Positions 19,664 to 29,759 of a stretch of DNA of 64,000 nucleotides are shown here, piece by piece. The stretch's first letter is position 1. Each line of letters starts with the position of its first letter. Source of the stretch: Gemmatimonadota bacterium (GTDB lineage Bacteria; Gemmatimonadota; Gemmatimonadetes; Longimicrobiales; Gaopeijiaceae); NCBI GenBank assembly GCA_034521595.1, contig JAXHMG010000003.1:1440001-1504000 (forward strand). The letters run 5' to 3'. The notes below the pieces were generated by a model. That model saw only the letters and a program-made list of their open reading frames with translations. It had not been told where the DNA came from and made no database searches. Both the position numbers and the translations under genes were made by a program.

Positions 19664-21214
19664 TCAGAGCGGGATGTTGCCGTGCTTCCTGGGCGGATTC
19701 TCGTCGCGCTTGTTGCGCAGCATGTCGAGGGCGGAGATGAGGCGCGGACGGGTCTCCCGCGGATCGATCACGTCGTCGACGTAGCCACGCGCGGCGGCCA
19801 CGTAGGGGTGCGCGAACTTCTCCCGGTACTCCTCGATCCGCTCCTCCGTCGCGGCCTCGGGATCCTCGGCGTTGGCGATCTCCTTCCGGAAGAGCACCTC
19901 CACCGCGCCCTTCGGCCCCATGACGGCGATCTCGGCTTGCGGCCACGCGAGGTTCACGTCGCCCCGGATGTGCTTCGAGTTCATGACGTCGTAGGCCCCG
20001 CCGTACGCCTTGCGGGTGATGACGGTCACCTTGGGCACCGTGGCCTCGGCGAAGGCGTAGAGGAGCTTCGCGCCGTGGCGGATGATGCCCCCGTGCTCCT
20101 GGGCCACGCCGGGCAGGAACCCCGGCACGTCCTCCAGGACGAGAATCGGGATGTTGAAGGAGTCGCAGAAGCGGACGAAGCGCGCCCCTTTGTCGGACGA
20201 ATCGATGTCGAGGACGCCGGCGAGAACCGCCGGCTGGTTCGCGACGATCCCGACCGACTGGCCGCCCAGGTGCGCGAAGCCCACCAGAATGTTGCCCGCG
20301 TAGTCCTCGTGCACCTCGTAGAACTCGCCGTGGTCGACGACGTGCCGGATGACTTCCCGCATGTCGTAGGGTCGGTTCGGATTGTCCGGCACGAGGTCGA
20401 GGAGCCGCTCGTCCTGGCGGTCGTGCGGATCGTCTTCGTCGCCGGGCGGCGGGAGCTCCCGGTTGTTCTGCGGGATGAACCGCACCAGGTCCCGCGCCGC
20501 GGCGATGCACTCGGGCTCGGAGTCCGTGGCGAAGTGCGCCACGCCCGACGTCGAGGCGTGCACGTCGGCGCCCCCCAACCCTTCCATGTCGATGTCTTCG
20601 TGGGTGACGGTCTTCACCACGTTCGGACCGGTCACGAACATGTAGCTCGTGCCCCGGACCATGTAGACGAAGTCCGTGATCGCCGGCGAATAGACCGCCC
20701 CCCCCGCGCACGGCCCGAGAATCAGGCTGATCTGGGGGATGACGCCGGACGCGAGCGTGTTGCGTAGGAAGATGTCGGCGTACCCTCCGAGGCTCACCAC
20801 GCCTTCCTGGATGCGGGCACCGCCCGAATCGTTCAGGCCGATGAGGGGCGCGCCGTTCTTCAGCGCCATGTCCTGCACCTTCACGATCTTTTCGGCATGG
20901 GCTTCGGAGAGCGAGCCACCGAAGACCGTGAAGTCCTGGCTGAAGACGTAGACCAGCCGGCCGTGGATCGTGCCGTACCCCGTGACCACGCCATCGCCGA
21001 GGACCTTGCGGTCCTCCAGGCCGAAGTCGGTGGACCGGTGGGTGACGAACCGATCGAGCTCCACGAACGAGCCCTCGTCCAGGAGCAGATCCAGCCGCTC
21101 GCGCGCGGAGAGCTTCCCGCGCTCGTGCTGCGCCTCGACACGCTCGGGGCCGCCGCCTTCTTCGGCAGCCACGCGCAGCTCCTGCAACCTGTCCAGCTTG
21201 TCTTGAATCGACAT
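19664..21214 (-). CDS. pccB: Acyl-CoA (propionyl-CoA) carboxylase carboxyltransferase beta subunit
   Basis: [40 protein letters not shown]-terminus. Confidence 0.92.
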   Translation of the reverse strand: MSIQDKLDRLQELRVAAEEGGGPERVEAQHERGKLSARERLDLLLDEGSFVELDRFVTHRSTDFGLEDRKVLGDGVVTGYGTIHGRLVYVFSQDFTVFGGSLSEAHAEKIVKVQDMALKNGAPLIGLNDSGGARIQEGVVSLGGYADIFLRNTLASGVIPQISLILGPCAGGAVYSPAITDFVYMVRGTSYMFVTGPNVVKTVTHEDIDMEGLGGADVHASTSGVAHFATDSEPECIAAARDLVRFIPQNNRELPPPGDEDDPHDRQDERLLDLVPDNPNRPYDMREVIRHVVDHGEFYEVHEDYAGNILVGFAHLGGQSVGIVANQPAVLAGVLDIDSSDKGARFVRFCDSFNIPILVLEDVPGFLPGVAQEHGGIIRHGAKLLYAFAEATVPKVTVITRKAYGGAYDVMNSKHIRGDVNLAWPQAEIAVMGPKGAVEVLFRKEIANAEDPEAATEERIEEYREKFAHPYVAAARGYVDDVIDPRETRPRLISALDMLRNKRDENPPRKHGNIPL

Positions 21215-21218
21215 CAGC

Positions 21219-23096
21219 CTATGGGATGGGAGTCAACGTTCGATCTCGTATGCGTACCACATGTGTACGGCGCACCACCCGGCCGTCTACGACCGAGAAG
21301 ACCCCGGTCGCCCCCTCGATCTCCTCCACGCCCTCCAGGGCGTCGAGCATGTCCGACGGACCCGTCGCTCCCCGCCTGAACGCCTCCAGAAGCAACAACG
21401 CGGCGTCGTAGCCGGCCGCGGGAACCGAGCTCACGAGCGAGCGTTGGAAATGCTCCTCGTAGGCCTCCTCGAAGCGGCGATAGCCGGGTGCGTCGGTCCC
21501 GGAGCCGATCGGTGCCGTAGCGACCACTCCATTCGTATGCCGCGGGTCCACGCGCCGGAGCGTTCCGGAATCGGTCCATCCGGATGTCCCCAGGACCTCG
21601 ATGCCGAGCGTGTCCAGCCCGAAGTGGGTGAGCTGCGGCGCGATCAACTCCACGTCTTCGGCGGGCACCGGAACGAAGACCGCGACGGGCTCGAGCTCTT
21701 CCACGTGGAGGGTGTCGTCCTCGGTGAGCCCGAGCGCCTCGATCTCCGCGGCCCGCAGGGAGTCCCGGGCCGCCAGGATCTGCTGCTCGAAGAAGGTCGC
21801 GCCATCCGTGTACGAGAAGCGTCCCACGGTGCGGATGCCGAACCGCGCGGCCTCCCGCTCGAACACGTCGCCTTCTTCCTCCGACAGCGCCGAGGTCGAC
21901 TCGACGAACGCCATGCGCTGGAACCCTCGTGATGCGGCGTGCACGGCCAGATCGTGCAATCCGACCGAATCCACGCCTTCGAGCGTGTACACGCCGGAGC
22001 CACGGAACGACGTGGACCGCGCCGTCGGAGAGATCAGGGGCAAGTTACCGTCCCGCGCGCCGGCCGCGATATCGAGGGCGGCCTCCTCGAGGAAGCCCAC
22101 GACGCCGCTCACACCCTCCTGCTCCAGCTCCTCGACCAGCGCCGCGGTGCGCTCGGGATCTCCGGCGTCGTCGTGCACCTCCAGCTCGACCTCGAAGTCC
22201 GGGCCGAGCGCCGTGGCCGCCGCGACCTCGATGCCCTCGAGCACGAGGCCGGAGAACTCCGCGAGCGCCGGAGCCCCTTCCAGCGGCAAAATCGCCGCGA
22301 GCTCCAGCCTGCGGACCGTGAAGTACCCGTCGGGCACACGCCCGTCGAGCACGGCTTCGGCCAGAGCCGCGTCGTCTCCCGCGGCTCCGTGGTCGAGCGC
22401 CGCGCGCGCGAGCTCGGAGGCCCGCACGTCATCGCCGGACCTCAGGCTCAGCGCGGCGAGTCGTGCCTCGAGCACGGGCACGATCGGCGCATCCGCGGGT
22501 GCTTCGGCCAGCACGGTCTCGAGCGCCTCGGGGGCGGCATTCACAGCCGCCTCACGGCCTAACGCCACGGCTCGCTCACGCTCCGCCGGCGCGGCGCTCG
22601 CTGCCACGTCGGCAAGCGCACCGAGCACCTCTTCCGGGCGTCCGGACAGCGCTTCCGCGCGCAGCAACCGCATCTCCGTCGTACGCGGGTGGTCCGGACC
22701 CACGAAGCTCAGATAACGCGCCGCGGCCGCCTCGGCCGTCTCCTCCTCCCCCGCGCCGAGCGCCGCCCGCGCTTGTAACCCGAGCGCGCGTCCCGATACC
22801 GCGGAAGCGGGAAACTCCTCGACGACCCGCGTGGTCAGCCGAAGCGCCTCCTCGGCTCGTCCGGCCTCGTACGCGGCTTCCGCGTCGCGATACAGCTCGG
22901 CCGCCTCGGCCTGCCGCGCGTTCCCGATCGGCCCTGCCTCGAGGACGGGCTCTTCGGGTGCTCGCGGCGCGGGCTCGTCGCCACCGGTGCCCGCCGTATC
23001 GGGAGTGGCGCAGCCCGCACCCAACGCGAGCAGGAGCACCCAGACGAAGCGCCCGAACGCGGGATGCGTCCGGGCGCTCGCACGACGCGTCAGCAT
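21219..23096 (-). CDS. LpoA-like lipoprotein (TPR plus periplasmic-binding-protein fold)
   Basis: Lipobox GAGC; TPR-like N-terminal half; AAILPLEG...GYDAA...IEGATG C-terminal half; start refined to MLTRR. Confidence 0.7.
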   Translation of the reverse strand: MLTRRASARTHPAFGRFVWVLLLALGAGCATPDTAGTGGDEPAPRAPEEPVLEAGPIGNARQAEAAELYRDAEAAYEAGRAEEALRLTTRVVEEFPASAVSGRALGLQARAALGAGEEETAEAAAARYLSFVGPDHPRTTEMRLLRAEALSGRPEEVLGALADVAASAAPAERERAVALGREAAVNAAPEALETVLAEAPADAPIVPVLEARLAALSLRSGDDVRASELARAALDHGAAGDDAALAEAVLDGRVPDGYFTVRRLELAAILPLEGAPALAEFSGLVLEGIEVAAATALGPDFEVELEVHDDAGDPERTAALVEELEQEGVSGVVGFLEEAALDIAAGARDGNLPLISPTARSTSFRGSGVYTLEGVDSVGLHDLAVHAASRGFQRMAFVESTSALSEEEGDVFEREAARFGIRTVGRFSYTDGATFFEQQILAARDSLRAAEIEALGLTEDDTLHVEELEPVAVFVPVPAEDVELIAPQLTHFGLDTLGIEVLGTSGWTDSGTLRRVDPRHTNGVVATAPIGSGTDAPGYRRFEEAYEEHFQRSLVSSVPAAGYDAALLLLEAFRRGATGPSDMLDALEGVEEIEGATGVFSVVDGRVVRRTHVVRIRDRTLTPIP

Positions 23097-23130
23097 CGTT
23101 GGGCCGGAAGAGGAACGTCCTTCACCCTGG

Positions 23131-25263
23131 TCAGTCCTTGTCGTCCTCGGCTGCTTCACCGTCATCTTCTTCCGTCCCATCGCTCTCGCCTTCGGCCTCG
23201 GCCGCGGGCTTCGGCTCCACCTCGGCTTCGGTCTCGGGCTCCGTTTCAGGGGCGGCTTCGGCCTCCGCTGCCGATGCGGTCTCCGCCTCCGGTTCAGGCG
23301 CAGCTTCGGGCTCCGACTCGGCCGCGGGCTCGGGCTTTGTCTCGCTCGGGGCGGCAGCGGCCACCTCGCCCCCCTCACCACCTTCCTCCGCGGCCTTGAT
23401 CCGCGCGGCGTCGATCTCCTCCTGCGACTTCCGCTCGGGCACTTCCGTCACCTCGAGCACGATCCGGCGGTTCACGGCGTCCGACTCCATCACCCGCAAG
23501 GACAGGGTGTCACCCGAGCCGTAGTACTCCTCCAACCGGTCGGCATCCTCGATGCCCGTGTGCGAGGCGGGAACGAATCCCTCGATGTCGTCTCCGAGAT
23601 CCACCACGACGCCCTTGTCCTGGACGCGCGCCACCGTGCCGTCGAGCTCGACCCCCGGAGCGAGCCGCTCCGAGATCGAAGGCCACGGATCGTCGCTGAG
23701 CTGCTTCATGCCCAGGCTGATCCGCTTGTTCTCCGCATCGACGTCGAGGACCATGACCTCGAGCTCCTGCCCCTTCTGGACGATCTCCGAGGGATGCTCG
23801 ACCCGGCGGGTCCAGCTCATATCGGAGACGTGGACGAGCCCATCGATTCCGGGCTCGATCTCCACGAACGCCCCGAACGACGTCAGGTTGCGGACGGTGC
23901 CCGTGAGGGTGGTGCCGGTCGGGTACTTCACCGGCAACGCCAGCCACGGATCCTCCTCGATCTGCTTCATGCCGAGCGAGATCTTCTCGTCGTTCGGATC
24001 GACCTTGAGGACCACCGCCTCGATGTCGTCTCCGATGGACACGACCTTCGACGGGTGCCGAACGTTGCGGGTCCAGCTCATCTCGGAGATGTGGACCAGA
24101 CCCTCGACGCCCTTCTCGAGCTCGATGAAGGCGCCGTAGTTGGTGATCGAGACGACCTTCCCGCGGACACGCGCGCCGACGGGGTACTTCTTGTCGATGT
24201 CGGTCCAAGGATACGGAAGGAGCTGCTTGAGCCCCAGGGAGATCCGCTCTCGGTTCCAGTCGATGTCGAGCACCTTGACGTCGACCGATTGGCCGATGTC
24301 CACGACCTCGGACGGATGCCCGACGCGGCCCCAGGACATATCGGTGATGTGGAGCAGGCCGTCGAGTCCACCGAGATCGATGAACGCACCGAAGTCCGTG
24401 ATGTTCTTGACCACGCCTTCGCGCACCTGGCCGACCAGGAGCTCCTTCACGAGCGTCTCGCGCTTCTGCTCGCGTTCCGCCTCGAGGATCACGCGGCGCG
24501 AAACGACGATGTTGCGGCGGCGCTTGTTGAGCTTGATGATCTTGAAGCGATAGGTCTCGCCGATCAGGTCCTCGATGTTCGGGACCCGTCGCAGCGCGAT
24601 CTGCGACCCGGGGAGGAACGCATCCACCCCCATGAGGTCGACGGTCACGCCACCCTTGATCTTGCGGACCAAGGTGCCCTTGACCGGGCGGTCCGCGTCG
24701 TGCGCTTCCCGGATCTTCTCCCAGACCCTGAGGAAGTCGGCCTTCTTCTTGGACAACACGACCACGCCGTCGTCGTCCTCGAGGCTCTCGAGGAGAACTT
24801 CGACCTCGTCGCCGACTTCCGGAGGCTCCTTGAACTCGTCGAGCGCGACGGCACCTTCACTCTTCCCGCCAAACTCGAGGATGACCGCGGCATCGGTGAC
24901 CCGCACGACCGTCGCGTTGACGATCTCGCCTTCACGGATGCCACCGAAGTCGCCGCTGAACTCGGACAGGAGGGCTTCGAACTCTTCCTTCGAGGTCGAA
25001 AGGCGCTCCTCTCCGTAAGGGTCGTGGTAGAGCTCCGGTGAATGACCTTCGGGCACACCTTCCATGGCGTGCTCCTGGTCCGCCTTGTCGGCGGCGATCT
25101 CATCATCCGTCAGCGTGCGAACTTCACCGGTCATCGCGTCGACGACGACCGTGTCCTCGCCCTCTTGGGGGTCGGTCGGGCTCTGGTCTTCGGTCGCGTC
25201 GTCGACTGCGGACTCGGGAACTTCGGATTCCGTTTCCGGAACGGGGTTTTTCGTCTCGGCCAT
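23131..25263 (-). CDS. rpsA: 30S ribosomal protein S1
   Basis: Repeated S1 domains (VKNITDFGAFIDLGGLDGLLHITDMSW etc.); start refined to MAETKNP. Confidence 0.95.
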   Translation of the reverse strand: MAETKNPVPETESEVPESAVDDATEDQSPTDPQEGEDTVVVDAMTGEVRTLTDDEIAADKADQEHAMEGVPEGHSPELYHDPYGEERLSTSKEEFEALLSEFSGDFGGIREGEIVNATVVRVTDAAVILEFGGKSEGAVALDEFKEPPEVGDEVEVLLESLEDDDGVVVLSKKKADFLRVWEKIREAHDADRPVKGTLVRKIKGGVTVDLMGVDAFLPGSQIALRRVPNIEDLIGETYRFKIIKLNKRRRNIVVSRRVILEAEREQKRETLVKELLVGQVREGVVKNITDFGAFIDLGGLDGLLHITDMSWGRVGHPSEVVDIGQSVDVKVLDIDWNRERISLGLKQLLPYPWTDIDKKYPVGARVRGKVVSITNYGAFIELEKGVEGLVHISEMSWTRNVRHPSKVVSIGDDIEAVVLKVDPNDEKISLGMKQIEEDPWLALPVKYPTGTTLTGTVRNLTSFGAFVEIEPGIDGLVHVSDMSWTRRVEHPSEIVQKGQELEVMVLDVDAENKRISLGMKQLSDDPWPSISERLAPGVELDGTVARVQDKGVVVDLGDDIEGFVPASHTGIEDADRLEEYYGSGDTLSLRVMESDAVNRRIVLEVTEVPERKSQEEIDAARIKAAEEGGEGGEVAAAAPSETKPEPAAESEPEAAPEPEAETASAAEAEAAPETEPETEAEVEPKPAAEAEGESDGTEEDDGEAAEDDKD

Positions 25264-25457
25264 GTGACTCCGGGCTCGCGCGGAGAGCGCGATCCTCGTA
25301 TGCCGGGGCTCGGGGAAACGAGCGCCGGGCTCGGGTGAAAAAACAAGAAAGGCGCCGAGCACACATCCCGCGCACTCAGCAGCCTTTCGGCGAACAAGCC
25401 GGGCGACACCGGGACACGCGGCACCGGAGAACCTAGCCCTGAGAAGCTAGACGTCGC

Positions 25458-27518
25458 TCATTGGGCAGTCAACCGCCGGACCAACTCGACGACGGACTTC
25501 ACCTGACGGTCGAAAGGGAGCCCCGTGGTATCGATCCTGTGCGCGTCTTCGGACTCCCGCAGCGGCGCGTGCCGGCGTTCCGAATCGTGACGGTCTCGCT
25601 CCGCGATCTGCTCCATCTGGAGCTGAAGCGTCCGCTCGTCCGGATCGCGCGTTCCCGTCTCGGCCAACCGCCTGCGTGCGCGCTCCTCGAGATCGGCCAC
25701 GAGAAACACCTTCACCTCGGCGTCCGGAAAGACCACGGTCCCGAGATCCCGACCGTCCGCGACGAGGCGACCCCGTCGCCCGGCCATCCGTTGCAGTTCG
25801 ATGAGCGACGCCCGCGCGGCGGGAAGACCGGCCAGCATCGCCACGTGCTCCGTGACCTCCGGCGTACGGAGCTCCTCCACAACCGAGCGGCCCATGACCC
25901 GAACGTCGAACCCCTCTTCGGTCGGGATCGCGCGCACGTCGAGAGCGTCCAGATCCGACTCCGACAACGTGTGCCACTGCTCCGTCGGAATCTCGGACCG
26001 AAGGAGCGCGTAGGTGAGGGCTCGATAGAGCGCGCCCGAATCGAGATGTCGGAAGCCCAGAGCCTCGGCGACCGCGCGGGCCGTGCTCGACTTCCCCGAG
26101 CCCGCGGGCCCATCCAGCGTCACGATCGGGCCTTCCCGAGGCCCACCGTCGGCTCTCGGCCCACCGGGGTCGTTCGCCTCCCCGACCGTCGTGTTCGGGC
26201 GGTCACGCGATCCTGCCGCTCGAGGACCGGCGGCCCCCTCGCCCAAGCGCGCTAGCGCGGCCCAGAAGCCGGGGAAGCTCACGTCGGCCGCCCCTGGATC
26301 GTCGATCTCGATCTCGTTGCCCGGCAGAGCGCCGAGCACCCCGAACGCCATGGCGATCCGGTGGTCCCCGGCGGTGCGCACCTTTCCCCGCAGCGGCCCG
26401 TCGGCTCCCTCGACCTCGAGTCCGTCCTCGAGCTCCTCCGCCCGAGCGCCCACGGCGCGCAGGTTCTCCACCATGGTGACGATCCGGTCCGATTCCTTGG
26501 CCCGGAGCTCCGCCGCGCCACGAATGCGCGTCGTGCCGGCCGCGCGCGCGCCCAGAGCCGCCACCAAGGGCAGCTCGTCGATGAGGCGGGGGACCTCCTC
26601 CCCGTCGACGGTCGTCGCCCGGAGGGCACTCCCGGATGCGGTCACGGACCCGCGAGGCTCCGCACCGGGGTCATGCCGGTCCGCTTCCACGGTGAGGCGC
26701 GCGCCCATACGGTCGAGCACGTCGAGGAAAGCGGTCCTCGTGGGGTTGAGGCCGACGCGCTCCACGGTCAGCCCGTCCGGAGCCCCGCCCCCGAGCACGG
26801 CGAACGCGAGCAGGAACGCGGCGGACGAGAAGTCACCCGGCACCTCGAAGTCCAACGGCCGGATCCTCTCCGGTGGGTCCCGAAGCTCCACGCGCCACCC
26901 ACCCTCGACGGCATGGGAAATCACCCCGACTCCGACCTCGGAAAAGAGCCGCTCGGTGTGGTCCCGCGACTTCCGCGGCTCGGTGACGAGCGCGAACGCC
27001 CCACCCGTCAAGCCGGCCAGCAGGATCGCGCTCTTCACCTGAGCACTCGCCACCGGACTCTCCCAGTCGATCGGGGCGAGGGGGTGCCGCCCCCGAATGG
27101 TCAGGGGCAGCTTGCCGTCGATTTCGTGAAAGGTGAAGGTCGCACCCATCGCGTGCAGCGGCTCCGTGACCCGGCGCATCGGACGGGTGCGGAGCGAGGT
27201 GTCTCCGGTCAGGTGGACATGCAGCTCCGTCCCGGCCAGGACCCCGAGCAGGAGCCGCGTACCCGTGCCACTGTTACCCAAATCGAGCTCGCCACCGGGA
27301 TCTCGCAACCCGCCCAACCCGACCCCTCGCACCACTACCTCCCCTCCATTCCCGGGAATCGCGGGGACCGCCGCACCGAGGCGCGCCAGGGCGTCCCGGG
27401 TAGAGGCCGCGTCCCCTCCGTGGAGCAACCCACGGAGCCGGCTCTCCCCCGAAGCCAGCGCCGACAGGATGAGTGCCCGCTGCGTCAGCGACTTATCGCC
27501 GGGAACCGTGACCCTCAC
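25458..27518 (-). CDS. aroA-cmk: Bifunctional EPSP synthase / cytidylate kinase
   Basis: PGDKS, LGNSGT, ASAQVKSA, KESDRI, DHRIAM, then a linker and VTLDGPAGSGKSS...DSGALYR...DGRDLGTVVFPDA. Confidence 0.92.
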   Translation of the reverse strand: MRVTVPGDKSLTQRALILSALASGESRLRGLLHGGDAASTRDALARLGAAVPAIPGNGGEVVVRGVGLGGLRDPGGELDLGNSGTGTRLLLGVLAGTELHVHLTGDTSLRTRPMRRVTEPLHAMGATFTFHEIDGKLPLTIRGRHPLAPIDWESPVASAQVKSAILLAGLTGGAFALVTEPRKSRDHTERLFSEVGVGVISHAVEGGWRVELRDPPERIRPLDFEVPGDFSSAAFLLAFAVLGGGAPDGLTVERVGLNPTRTAFLDVLDRMGARLTVEADRHDPGAEPRGSVTASGSALRATTVDGEEVPRLIDELPLVAALGARAAGTTRIRGAAELRAKESDRIVTMVENLRAVGARAEELEDGLEVEGADGPLRGKVRTAGDHRIAMAFGVLGALPGNEIEIDDPGAADVSFPGFWAALARLGEGAAGPRAAGSRDRPNTTVGEANDPGGPRADGGPREGPIVTLDGPAGSGKSSTARAVAEALGFRHLDSGALYRALTYALLRSEIPTEQWHTLSESDLDALDVRAIPTEEGFDVRVMGRSVVEELRTPEVTEHVAMLAGLPAARASLIELQRMAGRRGRLVADGRDLGTVVFPDAEVKVFLVADLEERARRRLAETGTRDPDERTLQLQMEQIAERDRHDSERRHAPLRESEDAHRIDTTGLPFDRQVKSVVELVRRLTAQ

Positions 27519-28360
27519 GCGCCCTTTCTCCAGCTTCCACCCTCGCGCATGAGGCGCTCGAGCACAGCGAGGTCACCCCGCTCCAGAGCCGACGCCGCCT
27601 CGGTCATCGTCTCCGCCAGCGTGCGCAACGCATCCGGCACCTCCGCCGGGACGTCCCGAAAGAGATCGAGCCACATGTCGGGGTTACTCGCGGCCAGGCG
27701 GGTCATATCGCGACCGCCGGGTCCCAAGGTGTCCAGGTCCACGTCCCGCCGGGACATTCCGACGGCCAACGCGCTCGCGACGAGTTGAGGAAGATGGCTG
27801 ACCAGGCCCATGATCCGATCGTGCTCCTCGGCTTCGATCGTCCGGGGATCTCCGCCGACGGAGCGCCAGAGCGCGTGCACGCCGGGCACCCTCTCTTCGG
27901 CCTCCGGAGCGGCCACCAGCCATACGCGAGCACCGTGGAAGAGGTCGGCCGAAGAGCGCGCGAACCCCGAGCCCTCCGACCCGGCCATCGGATGAGCCCC
28001 GACCCATCGATGGGACAGTCCCGCCTCCGAGGCCGCCCGTGACATGGGCGTCTTGAGGCTGGCGACGTCCATGATCGTCGCGCCGGGAGGGGCGAGGCCG
28101 TCGAGATCGGGCAGGATGCGGCGGCAGGCGTCGAGCGGGACGGCGAGCACCACCAGATCGGCCTCCTCGACCGCATCTTCCCAAGCGGACGGGGCCGCGA
28201 CGACCGCCCGTTCGCTCAGGGCCTGGTCTCGCTCTCCGAGTGCGGGCGACCACCCCACGACCTTCACGTCGGGAGCGGCCGCACGAACCGCGCGCGCCAG
28301 GGATCCACCGATCACGCCGAGGCCCAGCACGGCCATGGTTCGGAAGGGAATCTCAGACAC
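27515..28360 (-). CDS. tyrA: Prephenate/arogenate dehydrogenase
   Basis: GLGVIGGS, DVASLK, HPMAGSE, HDRIMGLVSHLPQ; GTG start inferred. Confidence 0.9.
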   Translation of the reverse strand: MSEIPFRTMAVLGLGVIGGSLARAVRAAAPDVKVVGWSPALGERDQALSERAVVAAPSAWEDAVEEADLVVLAVPLDACRRILPDLDGLAPPGATIMDVASLKTPMSRAASEAGLSHRWVGAHPMAGSEGSGFARSSADLFHGARVWLVAAPEAEERVPGVHALWRSVGGDPRTIEAEEHDRIMGLVSHLPQLVASALAVGMSRRDVDLDTLGPGGRDMTRLAASNPDMWLDLFRDVPAEVPDALRTLAETMTEAASALERGDLAVLERLMREGGSWRKGA

Positions 28361-28703
28361 CCGCCGCTCCGAACACGTACACGAGGGGGACCTGGGCGAG
28401 GACGGGGTCGGCCACCGCGGCGGCCATGAACCGAGCTTCCAGCTCCCGGTGACGGTCGAGATCAACGAACGGGACCTCGAGCACGAGCAGCCCCCTCGCG
28501 GGCCCGGCGGATCGCGGCGCGTGGAGCGAGCTGTCCGCCACGCCCCCGAACACGGCCTCAGCCAGCTCCCACGCCCGCCACTGGGCCGCGCGCACCGCCC
28601 AACGGGCCCGCAGCTCCTCCCGGTCGTGCCGGATCTCGAGGAGGTGCGGATGCTCCGGATCGGTTGGCGCCCCCCGCCCCTCCATGGGCACGAATCCGCT
28701 CAT
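28353..28703 (-). CDS. Hypothetical protein
   Basis: Fills the gap between rnz and tyrA and overlaps both by a few bases. Confidence 0.65.
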   Translation of the reverse strand: MSGFVPMEGRGAPTDPEHPHLLEIRHDREELRARWAVRAAQWRAWELAEAVFGGVADSSLHAPRSAGPARGLLVLEVPFVDLDRHRELEARFMAAAVADPVLAQVPLVYVFGAAGV

Positions 28704-29653
28704 GGCTCGGCCGACTCGGATCCGACGGTGGCCTTCGACGTCTCGGAGCGGAACGGCACCTCCACCACCTGTCCGTCACGCGCGACGCGCGCCCGGTCGA
28801 ACACCGCCCTGGCCTCGGCCTCGAGGTCGCGGGGATCGTCCGAATACCGCGCCGAGAGATGGGTCAGGAACAACCGTCGGGCCCCCGCGTCACGGGCCAC
28901 GGCGGCGGCCTCGGCGGCGGTGCTGTGATACGTCTGGCCCGCGCGGACACGTTCCTCTTCTCCGAACGTCGCCTCGTGCACCAGAACGTCCGCTCCCGTC
29001 GCGCTCCTCCGCGTTGCGTCACACGGGCGCGTATCGCCGGTGTACACGACCGTGCGGCCCGGGCGCGGCTCTCCCACGAGATCGGCCGCGCGGATCGTCC
29101 GACCGTCCACCTCCACGTCTTCACCACGGTGCAACCGTCCGAAGAGCGGACCCTCCGGCACGCCCAACAGCCGGGCACGCTCGACGTCGAAGCGCCCGAG
29201 CCGATCCTCTTCCACGAGGGCCCACCCGACCGCCTTGGTACCGTGGTCCACGGGAAAGGCATGCACGGAGTACCCGGTCCCACGGAACGCTTCCCCTTCG
29301 GCACACTCTTCGATGTCCACGCGGAAGCGAGGGCGGTCGTTGCCGAGCGTGACGGCGGTGCGGAGAACGGCGCTCGCCCCCGGCGGCCCGATGATGCGGA
29401 GCGGCTCGACGCGGTCCTGGAGCTGCATGGTCCGTAGCAACCCGGTGATGCCGAGGAAGTGGTCCGCGTGCATGTGCGTCACGAAGATGGCCTCCACGGC
29501 GAAGCCGGTGCCGTACCGCATCATCTGTCGTTGCGTGCCTTCTCCGCAGTCGAACAGGAAGAGCTCGCCCTCCCTCTGGACGGCCAGGCCGCTGACGTTG
29601 CGTCGCACCGTGGGCCGGGCGGCGGCTGTTCCGAGAAAGGTCAGACGGATCAT
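28700..29653 (-). CDS. rnz: Ribonuclease Z
   Basis: [42 protein letters not shown]. Confidence 0.93.
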   Translation of the reverse strand: MIRLTFLGTAAARPTVRRNVSGLAVQREGELFLFDCGEGTQRQMMRYGTGFAVEAIFVTHMHADHFLGITGLLRTMQLQDRVEPLRIIGPPGASAVLRTAVTLGNDRPRFRVDIEECAEGEAFRGTGYSVHAFPVDHGTKAVGWALVEEDRLGRFDVERARLLGVPEGPLFGRLHRGEDVEVDGRTIRAADLVGEPRPGRTVVYTGDTRPCDATRRSATGADVLVHEATFGEEERVRAGQTYHSTAAEAAAVARDAGARRLFLTHLSARYSDDPRDLEAEARAVFDRARVARDGQVVEVPFRSETSKATVGSESAEP

Positions 29654-29759
29654 GACGTACGAGCTTTGAAGGCTACGGGGTCACCGGGCGCGGGAACGGG
29701 CGGCGCCCGCCCCGGCTGTGTGAAATTAGCGGCTGTCCGACACGTGCTCCAAGCGGGAA

